Of a stretch of DNA of 59,091 nt, positions 28,823 to 40,500 are shown piece by piece. The notes beneath the pieces were generated by a model. It was not told the origin of the DNA. It did no database searches and saw nothing but the letters and a program-made list of their open reading frames with translations. A program made the translations under genes and the position numbers. Numbering within the stretch: position 1 is the first letter of the stretch; each line of letters starts with the position of its first letter. The DNA is from a virus (Duplodnaviria; Caudoviricetes): positions 1 to 59,091 of IMG/VR virus record IMGVR_UViG_3300027908_000029; one strand, written 5' to 3'.

Positions 28823-29269
28823 ATGATTACCTGCATAAAATGTCCGAAGGACCGCAACACTCACCCGCGCGGGGTCAGTTATTTCCGCGAAGGATCGTTT
28901 GTGGAGTACTGCCGAGTGCATGACCCAGCGAATCACCGAGCGCTGTTCGCGGCGCGAAATGCGTTTGAGAACTTCACTCTCGACCATGTCAAGGACGAGC
29001 GCGGCCAAAAGGTCAAGGTGAACTCTCTAGCGGAACTCAGGGCGGCGGAGAAAAAGTACAACTTCGCATTAGCCTGCGCGACCGATGACGGTGGCAAAGC
29101 GGATAAGCCTCCGCAGCACATGCCCCATGCCGGAGACATTACCTATGGCAAGAAGCGCGTGTGGAACCGTGATCCCGCCGCATATGTGAATCCGTCCGGC
29201 GTCAGCACTGGACTGGCAGCGGACCCGAAGCGGGATACACTGATCGACAGGCCGAATCTGACCACGTAG
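28823..29269 (+). CDS. Hypothetical protein
   Basis: CIKC...CRVH N-terminus. Confidence 0.6.
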   Translation: MITCIKCPKDRNTHPRGVSYFREGSFVEYCRVHDPANHRALFAARNAFENFTLDHVKDERGQKVKVNSLAELRAAEKKYNFALACATDDGGKADKPPQHMPHAGDITYGKKRVWNRDPAAYVNPSGVSTGLAADPKRDTLIDRPNLTT

Positions 29270-29291
29270 GCGAACAGAAGGAGTCACAGAG

Positions 29292-29651
29292 ATGGCAGTC
29301 AAACTACGCACGGATCGCAAGCAGTCCTTCGACAATCACATGTTGCCTCAGCGCAATGACCAAGTGAGCGCGGGACGCCAGTCGCATGTGCGAACCAACG
29401 CCTATCCACTGGACACTTTCGTGGACCCGGACTCGCTGCGTAATCGTCGTGAGTGGGACTGGCGCACAGGGGAAACCCGCACAGTGCCGATGTCAGTGCT
29501 TGAGAATGCCAAGCGCCACATGACAAAGCTAAAGTTTCACACTGTCACCTCGGCGCGCACTCATCCTGATCCGCAGGTCGATTACGGCTACGGCGCACTG
29601 GCAGCACCAGCATCCATCAAGACCAAGGCCAACAAGAGGAAGGCACGATAG
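29292..29651 (+). CDS. Basic hypothetical protein
   Basis: AAGGAG RBS. Confidence 0.65.
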   Translation: MAVKLRTDRKQSFDNHMLPQRNDQVSAGRQSHVRTNAYPLDTFVDPDSLRNRREWDWRTGETRTVPMSVLENAKRHMTKLKFHTVTSARTHPDPQVDYGYGALAAPASIKTKANKRKAR

Positions 29652-29661
29652 GGGTAATCGC

Positions 29662-30279
29662 ATGGCATATCGTCAGATCAAATCGACGTTCACTCTGGCT
29701 GGGACTAATCAGCCTCAGCCGATGATTGGCTCGTGGATTACCGCTGGTGCTGGGATCACTGCGCCTGCGGGTGCGCCCATTACTCTGACTCTCGGCACCG
29801 CGACCACCTCCGGCAACGACGCCACCAACATTTTCGTCAACGGCGAAACCGCACTCCTCGTCGATCCCAATGGCGCGCATATGGAGTCCGTGCACATCGC
29901 ATCGGTGTTGAATAACACTGTGACTCTCGGAGCATCCACTGACACTACCGCTCAAGGTGGCGCGAATCCCGTTACACGTTACGCACATGTCGCAGGCGCA
30001 GTCGGCATGGGCACTTGGATCATGCCGAACATGATGGCGAATAACTTTCTGCTGATGTACGAGGACGGAGGCACTGGGGCATTCATGTACATTGGGTGCT
30101 CGGGGGCAATGACGGCGACCGCGTACAGGATTTTCAAGCTGTCGAAAGTGTCGTCGAACGTGCAGCCGCAATACTATTCGTCTGCGATGTACTCTCCGGG
30201 AAATCCATTCAATCTGTCGGAGATTTTCGTCTACGGCACGGCTGGAGATCAGTGGTCCGTTTCCATCGCAATCGACTGA
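29662..30279 (+). CDS. Putative virion structural protein without signal peptide
   Basis: Beta-rich; immediately precedes the signal-peptide cassette. Confidence 0.65.
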   Translation: MAYRQIKSTFTLAGTNQPQPMIGSWITAGAGITAPAGAPITLTLGTATTSGNDATNIFVNGETALLVDPNGAHMESVHIASVLNNTVTLGASTDTTAQGGANPVTRYAHVAGAVGMGTWIMPNMMANNFLLMYEDGGTGAFMYIGCSGAMTATAYRIFKLSKVSSNVQPQYYSSAMYSPGNPFNLSEIFVYGTAGDQWSVSIAID

Positions 30280-30286
30280 GGCATGC

Positions 30287-33200
30287 ATGCACAAACTTAT
30301 CAAACTGGCAATCGCAGTTGCAGCACTCTCGGTATGTGCACTTGCCCAGCAAGGCGGCGGCGGTGGTGGCGGCACGACTCTCCCATCCCCGACTGCATCC
30401 GCTCAGTGTTTCGTGTCCACTGGCACTGCCCAAGGCAACTGGACCTGGGGATCGTGCTCAGGGTCGTCTAATCTTGGGTTTGCGTCCATCACCGCTGGCA
30501 CGAACACCGCAGCGCTGGTAGTCGGCTCTGGCGGTACGCTGACATATACAGGTACAGGCGTTATTGACGCCAATGAAATCCTCAATGTCGCTCTGCCCGC
30601 GATTGCATCTGGCTACCTCAATTACAACGGATCGGCATGGGTGTTCACGAACCCGTTTGCGTCTCCGACGTTCACTGGGACGGTGACGATCTCTGGGCTA
30701 TTGACTGGTTGCATCACCAACACTGCTGGCGTCATCAGCAGCACCGGCACTCCATGCAACAGCCCGTTTGTGTTCCCGGCGACCGCATCCGGCACCACTA
30801 CCTCTGGCGGCGTGACATATTTCAGCTCCACCACGGTGCTGTCATCGTCGGGACTGCTGGCATTCGGTCAATTCGTTCTCGGTGGCGGTGCAGGCGGCGC
30901 TCCCACAACATCATTCTCAGTGGTCCCGCCGGTCAACGGTGGCAGTGGAGTTGCCTCCCCCACAGCCAACGCCGTACCAGTAGCCGAAGGTAGCAGCAAT
31001 TACAACTTCGTCACCACGGCCACCTCCGGCCTGTGCTTTCTATCCAACGGCACTGGCAACGACCCGAGTTTTCAAGCGTGCCCGGCGGGATCGACAGTAT
31101 TTCCGCTGACTATCAGTGGGACTGTCACAAGTGGTGGTATCCCGTATTTCAGTTCCACTACAGTCGAGACATCCTCAGCGCAACTCGCTTCCGGTGCTCT
31201 GGTGGTCGGTGGCGGTGCAGGCGGTGCACCAGCAACAGGCAATGGCGATTTCACATACGCCACACATACTCTGACTGGCGGCGCATCCGGCATTCTCAAT
31301 CTCTCCGCGATGGCAGCGACGGCATTCAAGATCCCGACTGTCGCTGGTGCCGCTCCCACTGCGGATGGAGCGATCGCTACTAACTCGACTACTCACGCGC
31401 TCAACGTCGGCTCAAACGGCAGCACTCTGGTCGAAGCCGTTGCTGCATCCGGTGCGACCAGTGTCAGCACCAATTGTGGCAGCACGAGCACTGTGGTCAC
31501 GGCGATCTCGGGCGCGGCTGCTCCCACCTGCACCTCGATCTCATCCACGTACCTACCAGCCGATGTCGTGTACAACGACACAACGAACACTTACACAGCT
31601 AACTTGCAGTCGTTCGCCGCTGCCACGATGTCCCTGCCTGCGAGTGCGGCCTACGCGCCTACCACCGCAGGCCTATTTGGATACGACTCAACCAATGCTC
31701 GGCTAGTCTTTGGCAACGGCTCCACCACGTCGATCATCCCGTGGTTCACTGGCACTTCCACCAACAATGACTGCGCGGAATACACCGGGACTCTCGGCGC
31801 GCTGACAAGCACGACCTGCGTGTACAAGTTCTCCGGGGATGGCACATTCGCCAGCAACTCGAACTCCACGGGCAATGTCACACTTACGCTCAACACCGCT
31901 GGCTCTCATAAATGGTGGGGGAACAATACTGGGTCCACAGCCGCAGCGGGATACGAAGCCCTCACCACCAGTGACCTGCCTACCATACAGATCTCCGGTG
32001 GCGGCACCAACGCGACATCTGCTGCTGCCGGGCAAGTCCCGAACACGTCCTCGTCATCGGCGTCCGCATGGACAGCATCACCTAATTTTGGCATCAACGG
32101 CACTACAAACGGAGTCCTCAATCTCGCCACCAGCACTGGCGGCGGCGCATACATCAGCATCCTGAATGGCGGCGCAACCTCCGCGTATAACTTCAATCTC
32201 CCTATCACTGTGGGCAGCGCAGGCCAAGTCCTAGCCAGTCAGGGTGGTGGCTCATCCGCGATGACATGGGTCAGTCCACTGACCAATCCAATGACCACTC
32301 TGGGTGACATGATCTACGGCGGGGCAAGCGGAGCAGTCACTCGACTGGCAGGCCCAACTGGTCCCAATGGCATCCCCCAGACCATATGCGAAACTCCCAG
32401 TGCTGGTGCTGCCACTGCCGAGGCATTCTGCATCCCCGGTGTGCCAGTGGATACCTCGAACACTGCCACGATTCCAATCACTGACGACGTGAGCCTGATC
32501 GCGCCGACCACTCTGACCGCTCTGTCTGGCGCGAACATGCTAACGAACAACTATGCGTTCGCAGTGCTCAACGACAACACATCTGCTATCACGTACACTC
32601 CGGCATCGGGACTGGTATACCCGAGCGGCGGCAGCACCCAGATAATCCCGCCATCGTGGTTTACATTCGTGTACACCAACAACACAAACACTTACATGCC
32701 AGTGATGCCGACGATCGCGGCGTTCCCGAATACCAGCACGAATCAAGCACTCGCGTTTAACTCCGCGACTGGAGTGTTGAGCGCGGTGACATACGGCACT
32801 GTGAGTAGTGTTGGACTCACGACTAATTCTGGTTCGTCCTCTGGGATATTTGCGGTCACCGGGTCGCCAGTTACAGGTTCGGGCACGCTCAACTTCAACC
32901 TCTCCGGTACATCCGGTGGCATAGCGTGTTTCACATCGACTACGGTGCTGGCGTCATCGTCGGCTCTCACCGCTAACGCTCTTACAAAGGGCGGTGGTGC
33001 GGGAGTCTGCCCGACGAACTCTGACCTGCAAGAGTCCTCGAATCTCCTCAACAACACTACCAGCACTCAGTCTTGGACTGTCGCTGGCGGCCAAGACGCA
33101 TCCGCTAATTCAGTGCTCGGCGGCATTACTCTGCGCGGCGCGAATGAAACTGGCGCAGGCGGCAGCACATCTGCTGGCGGTGGCGTACTCGTCGCAGGTG

Positions 33201-35392
33201 GCACGAACGCTGCCACAAACGCTGCCAGCCAAGGCGGTAGCATCCAAGTCCTGCCCGGATTGTCCACTGGTGGCACTCAAGGGCTCCAAGGACTCGATGT
33301 ACAAGAATCCGTCTACGTCAAAGGCGCGACCGTCACCCAGTTCAATCTGGAATGCGAGTCCGCCTCCATGACCGTAGTGGACTGCGCGGCTACACCGGGA
33401 AGCTGGCTGGGCATCGCGGAACTCGTCAACTCGAATACCGCTCAGATTGTCACTGATGGCCAGTTCACCGTGAATGCTTCTGCCGCTGTGACTCTCGGGG
33501 ATACTGTGTGCGCTGGTAGCACCGCTGGCAAAGTCACCGACTCCGGTGGGCAGTCGAGTTGCACCAGTGTTCAGGGTTCGACTGTCGGCATTGTCATGGC
33601 CACATCCGGCACATGGGTTCTGCCAGATGGCACCAGCATCACAGCCACGACCACTAAACCTCTAATCCAGATGAACACTGCGACTGTCGGTGGCGGTGGC
33701 GGATCATCGGTGTTCCCACAAACAGTGTCAGGCACGGTGACCAGTGGCGGCATCCCGTATTTTTCCAACTCCACCACGGAGTCCACGTCGGCAGTGCTGG
33801 CGAGCGGAGCTATCGTTGTGGGCGGCGGTGCGGGCGGCGCTCCGACTACTGATTCCAGCGCAACTCTGTCTACGGGTGCATTGAGCCTTGGCGCATCGGG
33901 AACGGCTGGCTCGGTGGCCATGGGGAACGCGACCTCTGGTACGGTGACGTTGCAGCCGGTTACTGGCGCACTGGGCACGGTGACCGCATCGCTGCCGGCG
34001 AACACTGGCACGATCGCAGAACTCAACCTCGCTCAGACATGGACTGCGGTCCAAGCCTTGGGATCATCTACAGCCACGACGCAGTCTCAGTTGGATGGAT
34101 CAACGAAGCTGGCGACGACACTCTACACCGATACCGCAGTGAGTAATGCGGTAGCGGGCGTGAATCCAGCCGTCGCAGTTCTAGCAGCCTCAACCGCAAA
34201 TCTAACAGGAACCTATACACAGGTTGGCGGTGGCGTTGGCGACACATTTACGATCACGGCGACAGGCGCGTTCTCTCTGGATGGAGTGGCGCTGACAACA
34301 GTCGGTCAGAGAGTCTTGTTCAAGAACCAGTCCACGGCATCGCAGAACGGCGTCTATACCGTTACAGTCGCAGGCACCACTGGCATATCCGCTGTGTTTA
34401 CGCGGGCGCTGGATTACGACACGCCTTCGGATGTGAACAACACAGGCTCGATTCCGGTGCAATCGGGAACGGTCAACACGACCACAAGCTGGCTGCTAAC
34501 TTCGCAGGTGACCAGTATCGGTTCGGCTGGATCATCACTCACCTATGCGCAGTTCTCTTACAATCCGGCAAACGTCGCGCTGCTGAATGCGGCTCAGACG
34601 TGGACAGCACTGCAAACTTTCGGCACGAATATCTCTATCGGCGGGCAATCGCTAAGTGGCGGCGTGCAAGGCACCGGAGACACGAAGGTATTGCTGGCTG
34701 GCACCGTATCCGGCACAAGCGCAGCGCTCTGCACAGACGCCAACGGTGGCGCGACGACTTCTAGTTGCCCGAGCGCGACTGGGTCTGTGACTGGCAGCGG
34801 TTTGTCTACAGGTAGTGTCTATTACAACATCGGTGGCACGCTGACTCCGGCGAATGCCTATGGAATCCCATCGGCGCTGACAGTGACATTCACCAACACC
34901 TCATATTCCATCGCTGCTACGAACACGCTTATCGCCGGGGCAGCGGTGCAGTTCCAGACGACGGGCGGACTGCCAACCAACTTCGCAACAGCCACCACCT
35001 ATTACGTTTCGACGGCTGGGTCTAACTGCGTTTCCGTAACCACCAGCGCGTTCTCGGTTTCGGCAACATATGGGGGAGCGTGCATTCAGGCTGGCAGCGC
35101 CGGAACAGGAACGCAGACCATGACCATCGTCCCGACCTTGGTCACGAATCCCGCTTACTGCGTGGCTTCATCCTCGACCGTGTGCGTTTACAGCGGAGCG
35201 ATCACGGGATTAAGTGGATTCACGGCTGGGCAGGTGATCTATGTGTCGGATGCTACGAGTGGTGCGTTGACGCAAGTCAATCCAGCCTCCGTTGCTGGCT
35301 CTAGTGGGCACTTCGTCCAACGCATAGGAGTGGCAACTTCCACTACCGCGATTCTCGTTCAGCCTTCAATGAATGTGCAGACAGTTCAATAG
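30287..35392 (+). CDS. 1701-aa fibre-like protein with Sec signal peptide
   Basis: MHKLIKLAIAVAALSVCALA|QQ; fibre motifs DGSTKLATT and GQRVLFKNQSTASQNGVY; four internal repeats; S/T/G/C-rich. Confidence 0.8.
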   Translation: MHKLIKLAIAVAALSVCALAQQGGGGGGGTTLPSPTASAQCFVSTGTAQGNWTWGSCSGSSNLGFASITAGTNTAALVVGSGGTLTYTGTGVIDANEILNVALPAIASGYLNYNGSAWVFTNPFASPTFTGTVTISGLLTGCITNTAGVISSTGTPCNSPFVFPATASGTTTSGGVTYFSSTTVLSSSGLLAFGQFVLGGGAGGAPTTSFSVVPPVNGGSGVASPTANAVPVAEGSSNYNFVTTATSGLCFLSNGTGNDPSFQACPAGSTVFPLTISGTVTSGGIPYFSSTTVETSSAQLASGALVVGGGAGGAPATGNGDFTYATHTLTGGASGILNLSAMAATAFKIPTVAGAAPTADGAIATNSTTHALNVGSNGSTLVEAVAASGATSVSTNCGSTSTVVTAISGAAAPTCTSISSTYLPADVVYNDTTNTYTANLQSFAAATMSLPASAAYAPTTAGLFGYDSTNARLVFGNGSTTSIIPWFTGTSTNNDCAEYTGTLGALTSTTCVYKFSGDGTFASNSNSTGNVTLTLNTAGSHKWWGNNTGSTAAAGYEALTTSDLPTIQISGGGTNATSAAAGQVPNTSSSSASAWTASPNFGINGTTNGVLNLATSTGGGAYISILNGGATSAYNFNLPITVGSAGQVLASQGGGSSAMTWVSPLTNPMTTLGDMIYGGASGAVTRLAGPTGPNGIPQTICETPSAGAATAEAFCIPGVPVDTSNTATIPITDDVSLIAPTTLTALSGANMLTNNYAFAVLNDNTSAITYTPASGLVYPSGGSTQIIPPSWFTFVYTNNTNTYMPVMPTIAAFPNTSTNQALAFNSATGVLSAVTYGTVSSVGLTTNSGSSSGIFAVTGSPVTGSGTLNFNLSGTSGGIACFTSTTVLASSSALTANALTKGGGAGVCPTNSDLQESSNLLNNTTSTQSWTVAGGQDASANSVLGGITLRGANETGAGGSTSAGGGVLVAGGTNAATNAASQGGSIQVLPGLSTGGTQGLQGLDVQESVYVKGATVTQFNLECESASMTVVDCAATPGSWLGIAELVNSNTAQIVTDGQFTVNASAAVTLGDTVCAGSTAGKVTDSGGQSSCTSVQGSTVGIVMATSGTWVLPDGTSITATTTKPLIQMNTATVGGGGGSSVFPQTVSGTVTSGGIPYFSNSTTESTSAVLASGAIVVGGGAGGAPTTDSSATLSTGALSLGASGTAGSVAMGNATSGTVTLQPVTGALGTVTASLPANTGTIAELNLAQTWTAVQALGSSTATTQSQLDGSTKLATTLYTDTAVSNAVAGVNPAVAVLAASTANLTGTYTQVGGGVGDTFTITATGAFSLDGVALTTVGQRVLFKNQSTASQNGVYTVTVAGTTGISAVFTRALDYDTPSDVNNTGSIPVQSGTVNTTTSWLLTSQVTSIGSAGSSLTYAQFSYNPANVALLNAAQTWTALQTFGTNISIGGQSLSGGVQGTGDTKVLLAGTVSGTSAALCTDANGGATTSSCPSATGSVTGSGLSTGSVYYNIGGTLTPANAYGIPSALTVTFTNTSYSIAATNTLIAGAAVQFQTTGGLPTNFATATTYYVSTAGSNCVSVTTSAFSVSATYGGACIQAGSAGTGTQTMTIVPTLVTNPAYCVASSSTVCVYSGAITGLSGFTAGQVIYVSDATSGALTQVNPASVAGSSGHFVQRIGVATSTTAILVQPSMNVQTVQ
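30764..33850 (+). repeat. Four dispersed ~45-aa repeats (SGGxxYFSSTT...GGGAGGAP)
   Basis: Copies at about 30764, 31097, 32897 and 33710. Confidence 0.8.
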
Positions 35393-35401
35393 GAGCAGGG
35401 A

Positions 35402-35485
35402 ATGACGTTTTCCATAATTTTACTTATCGCGGCGGCATGTGTTTTCGTGTTCGGCACATGGTGGATTTTTAGGCCATATAAATGA
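35402..35485 (+). CDS. 27-aa hydrophobic peptide (not in ORF track)
   Basis: MTFSIILLIAAACVFVFGTWWIFRPYK; AGGAG RBS; ATGA overlap with 35482. Confidence 0.6.
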   Translation: MTFSIILLIAAACVFVFGTWWIFRPYK

Positions 35486-37599
35486 GACGCGCTCTCTACT
35501 TGATTATCGCGGTGGCCCTGATCTGCGGGGCCAGCACCAAGTCCTTCGCGGCGGGCTGCACCGCGACGGCATACACTGGCTATAACTGCGTTTCCCACGC
35601 CGGGAGTTTTAGCACCAGCGCCACGACTCGGAACCAAACCATCAGCGTTACCGCTGGGGATGCAGTCACCTTCTTCGGCCAAGCATTATCCACTGGGGCA
35701 GCGCTCACCCTCACCGATTCCGGGGCCTGCACGGGAACCTTAGTCGGTGCTTCCACGACCGCTCCCACGACTCCCGCCATCGACATCGGCGCAGTCACCA
35801 AAGCCACGAGCACAGGGACCTGCACAATCACGATGCACTGGGCTGGCTCCGCGACCACGTTGGTTTCTTCAGTCCAAGATTGGCAGGGATGGAACGGAGC
35901 CATTGACGTGTCTGCGGCCATAACGTCCACCACGGGCACGGGCACGCGAAGCGGCCCGAATGTGGTGACGACGCAGAATGGTGATCTGATCCTCTGCATG
36001 ATGGGCGACACCGGAAACAACGGCGGCACGTTCACGGCAGGAAGCGGATTCGCTATCACCCTCGGCAACAATTCGATGTCACAGGAAGCGCAAGTGCAAG
36101 CGACGGCTGGTTCGATCACGCCGGGGTTCACTTATTCGCAGAGTTCTACGTTCGGAGTCATCACGTTTGCGCTCGAATCCTCCAGCGTGCCACCACCAGC
36201 CAGCAACGCGATAACTCAGTGGGATGGCATCGCTCCTGCCCCTGGCCCTGGCGGAATGAACCGCATCGACGGCCAGTACATTAATCCCTCGACTGGATAT
36301 ATCGGCGCAATCAACGGATCAGCCACGCCGTTCAGCGCTTCGCCAGTAACTGAATTCGTGAACTTCAGTGGCGGCACGAATGGCTCCGAGCCTGCGAACA
36401 CCGATCTCGTCAACAGCACGTTTGGGACATCCGGATTCGCTTGGGTGACAACTCAGATCGCGGCGGGGATGACGTACTCCAACGGGACCACGTTCGGAGC
36501 GCTTCCTGAACCTTTCCTTGCCGGGGCTACGGCTTACGGCAGTTCCGGCCCTCTCTCGATGGAGTGCACTTCGTCAACGAATGCCTCGGGGACCGCGACT
36601 TCCTGTGGCAGTGCGACTCTAAGCGTTCCCGGATCTGGGTCATCTGTGTCCGCTGGTTTCTGGTACACAACTCCAAATTGCAACGCGATCAGTACAGTCG
36701 ATTGCGGAGCGCTCGGAATCGTCTCAGGCGGCACCGATTATGTGAACATGCACGTCAACGGAACAGGCGGAAATTGCTCGCAGAACGGATTGTTCCTTGA
36801 AGGTCACGGCGGAAACTCAGTCGGCTGCCTGCCATTCACGAACGGCGCAACCTATCGAGTCAACGGCCAAGAGAATAACGGCGCGGCGGCTTTGACGGTC
36901 ACTTTCACGAATGGCTCGGCTGTGATCTCCGCAACAAATGCGCTCGCAGCGAACGAAGCGATCAAACTCACTACGACCGGAACGCTGCCGACGAATTTCA
37001 CCGTAGGGATTTCCTCCGGAACTTACACGAGCGGAATTACTGCGACTGGATCAATCGGCCAGACCTGCTTGCTTTCGTCTTTCAATGGCTCGGGGAGCGG
37101 CGCGACTGGCGTTCTGTATCTGAACGGAACGAACACGATCAGCGGTGGCAACGGAATATCGTGGACGAATTTCGGCTCAGGCTATACGAGCGCTCCCACA
37201 TCCGCCACGGCAGCGAGCGGGACCGCGACGTGCAGCGGCACGGCTACTATCTCAACCGTGCTGGCAACTCCGATCCTGTTCGTCAGTTCGACTGGCCTCA
37301 GTACCAGCCAGTTTGAACTCGCAACGGCTCAGGGTGGCACGCCAATCGTCGCGGGCAGCGCGGGCAGCGGAACCCACACCGCAACCCAATACGATGTCGT
37401 AACCGTGTGCCAAGTCATCAACTCGAATCTGGTCTACTTGGGCACGCTCTACGCACTGGCGAGCACCGCAGCGCAGGCACCTACGTTCATGCAAATCGGG
37501 GTGTCTGGTGAAGGACCGACCGTGACTGGGTATAACTTTTATTGGGGCGGATATTTCGTGGACGGCACAGGGAAGATTTCTCTGACGGAGTGCTATTGA
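35482..37599 (+). CDS. 705-aa beta-rich protein with Sec signal peptide
   Basis: MRRALYLIIAVALICGASTKSFA|A; shares a domain with the 1701-aa protein; GSGYTSAPT motif. Confidence 0.8.
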   Translation: MRRALYLIIAVALICGASTKSFAAGCTATAYTGYNCVSHAGSFSTSATTRNQTISVTAGDAVTFFGQALSTGAALTLTDSGACTGTLVGASTTAPTTPAIDIGAVTKATSTGTCTITMHWAGSATTLVSSVQDWQGWNGAIDVSAAITSTTGTGTRSGPNVVTTQNGDLILCMMGDTGNNGGTFTAGSGFAITLGNNSMSQEAQVQATAGSITPGFTYSQSSTFGVITFALESSSVPPPASNAITQWDGIAPAPGPGGMNRIDGQYINPSTGYIGAINGSATPFSASPVTEFVNFSGGTNGSEPANTDLVNSTFGTSGFAWVTTQIAAGMTYSNGTTFGALPEPFLAGATAYGSSGPLSMECTSSTNASGTATSCGSATLSVPGSGSSVSAGFWYTTPNCNAISTVDCGALGIVSGGTDYVNMHVNGTGGNCSQNGLFLEGHGGNSVGCLPFTNGATYRVNGQENNGAAALTVTFTNGSAVISATNALAANEAIKLTTTGTLPTNFTVGISSGTYTSGITATGSIGQTCLLSSFNGSGSGATGVLYLNGTNTISGGNGISWTNFGSGYTSAPTSATAASGTATCSGTATISTVLATPILFVSSTGLSTSQFELATAQGGTPIVAGSAGSGTHTATQYDVVTVCQVINSNLVYLGTLYALASTAAQAPTFMQIGVSGEGPTVTGYNFYWGGYFVDGTGKISLTECY

Positions 37600-40500
37600 T
37601 GAAGCATATCGCCATTTTACTGTTGCTGTCGGCCTCGTGCTTTGCCACGAATTATACGGTGAAATCAGGCGGTGGCGGCAACTACACCACGATCCAAGCC
37701 TGCGCGACGGCTATGGCTGCCGGCGACACCTGCACAGTCTACGCTGGCACATACAATGAATCCCCAACCGTGTCAGCAGGCACGGTCGGCAATTACAAAA
37801 CGATCACCGTTAACGCTTCGGATATCGTGAGCGTCCTCGGATTCACGCTCAACTCGCACACGCAACTCGTCGGGAACTGCCCCACCTTGCAGGGCACGGT
37901 CACCACAGCCAACTGTGGCTTCTTTATCTCGAACACCGCATCTCCGTCCAGCGCGTGCGTGAATCTCCCGAACAGCACCACGGATGTCTATATCCGTTTC
38001 AACGTCATGTACGCCTGCGGCAGCATTGGGCCGGGATACCCGACTCAGACATCGTTCATCTACATTCAAGGCAACACGATGTCTTACACCAATTCGACGA
38101 TTGCCACCGTACCCACCACCTGCGGCGGAAGCGGCTCGCCAGTCGGCAACAGCCTCAACCTGTATGGCAATCACTACCTTGTCGAGAACAACGACTTCTC
38201 CCACTACACGATCTCGCTGAACTGGAATCCAGAGAACTCGATCACCCGGAACAACCATTTCCACGACACGACGGAAGTGAACAACGCGGGTAACTGCCAC
38301 TCGGACACCTGGTTCAGCGATCCGGGCGGCACGAACCTTGTGACGAATTCGTTCAACGTCTACGAAGGAAATTACCAGTACAACGCGGTCGGGCCGAACG
38401 CCAAGGGCACGCTCTTTCAGGCTCCGTCATGCACAGGCTGCGCCTATGCCATCTCCCGCTACAGCGTGGCATCCGGGCTCGGGAGCGGCAACACGACGAA
38501 CGATCAAAACTGGACGAGCGTCAAAGTCTACAACATGACCTGTGTGGACTGCTCCTATCAGGCGGGGTCAGTCAACGGAGAGACCGACAATTCCAGCGAC
38601 ACGAACCCCCCACGGCCCTCGTTTCTGAACCAGATTTACTACTACTCAATCGCCTACACCAGCATCAATCCCTATGCCTGCGGGAACTCGAACAGTTGCA
38701 ATTATGGGCACAGCCTCGCATATTGCTCGGCAGGCTGCACAACGCTTTACGGGCACGTTTATCAGGTAGGACTGTTCACGGCGGACACCGGGAACCAGAT
38801 CGCCAATCCCAACTTCGTGAGCTACGTGGGATACGGAAGCACGTCGAATAACTTCCATCTTCAGTCTGGATCGCCAGCAATCGCGGCGGGCACCTACCTC
38901 ACCACGGTAGGTTCGGGGGATGCTGGTTCGGGCACCACGTTGACGCTGACTGATTCGTCTTACTTTCAGGATGGCTACGGGTTGACCAACGCCTACTCCA
39001 CGGTGAGCGGTGACTGCATCGCAGTGACGACGGTATCGAACACGGTCTGCATCACGGCGGTGAACTATTCGGGCAATACCGTCACTCTAGCAAGTGGAAT
39101 TACGCGCTCCGTGGGTGATCACGTTTGGCTCTATAGCAAGTCAGACGGCGTGCGGGTGCTGACCGGCAGCGCCCCTGACTTGGGAGCCTTCCCATTCACC
39201 AGTGGCAGCGTGAGTTTCACCACAAACCTGTCAACGATTCCGTCCTACCATAGCGGCAACATTCAGATCGCCATCACAGGAAGTGGCACATCTTGGACGA
39301 GCGGCACAACATTCTCGGCAGGCTCTCCCTGCACCTTCGTGAGCAGCACGGTCAACACTGGGGCACAGACCGGCACAGTGACAGTGACCACGTCGTCCTC
39401 GACCGGAAGCTGCACGATCTCGGATTCCACGGATGCGGCAACGGCCTCGGTCACGGTGGCGAATCCTCTGTTCACGATCTCTCCCACTTCAGGCACTCCG
39501 GGCAGCGGCGGCTGCACAACAGCCTGCCAAGCGACCGAAACGTTCACTGGCACCAACACCGTATGGGCGAATCCGGACCAGTCATCCTCGGGACTATTCA
39601 CTCTGAGCGGTGGCACAGGCGCTAGTCTGGGTACAATCACAGTGGTCTCCAACACTTCCGCCACCGCCACTCTGACATGGGGCTCGGCCAGCGGCACCCT
39701 GACTCTGACCGACAGCAGCAACGGAAACAGTTCGTCGAATGTTCAGAATTTCACCGTGCAGGCGATAACCACTCCGACCGTGACCACCGGCACTGCTGGC
39801 AGTTTCACGCCTACCTCAGCGACAATATCCGGTAACACGTACGCTTGCTCTGGCAGTTGTACGACTGTCACTTCCGAAGGCACATGCTACGGACTCAGCG
39901 CGAATCCGACCACTCCGTGCACCAGTGACGGCACGTCCACTCCATGGAACAGTTCTCTGACTGGATTATCGTCGGGCACTCTCTACCACTTCCGGGCATT
40001 CGCTTCGAACTCCGCAGGCACGGCCTATGGCAGCGATGTGACCTTTATGACCCCGATCATGTCCTACATCAAGGGCGCGGGGAATGCCAGTTCCACCGCC
40101 AGTGCCACATGGACATTCAGCTATACACCATCCAACACTAACGACGCGGTCGTCTTTGCCATCTACTGCAACAACGGAACCACCCCCGCAACCTCGGCTA
40201 CTCTAGCTGCCTCGGGATGGACAATCACTCAATTGATTGCTCCGTTGAGTAACGGAACAGGCGCTGGCGTACTGTATGGTGCACTAGCGCCTAATACCTC
40301 AGCGGCTACTTTCACGGTCGGCTTCGGCGCTGTGACCTGCTCCAATTTCTATGGCTACATGATTGGAGAATTTCAGGGGAACACCACATCCAGTCTGGCA
40401 GCGGCCTTTCCGGTGCACGCAAGCTCCGGTGGGACTTCAAGCAATGCTTGTAACCAAACAGCTGCTGGAATCACACCATCAAGTGTCAATAACGCTGTGT

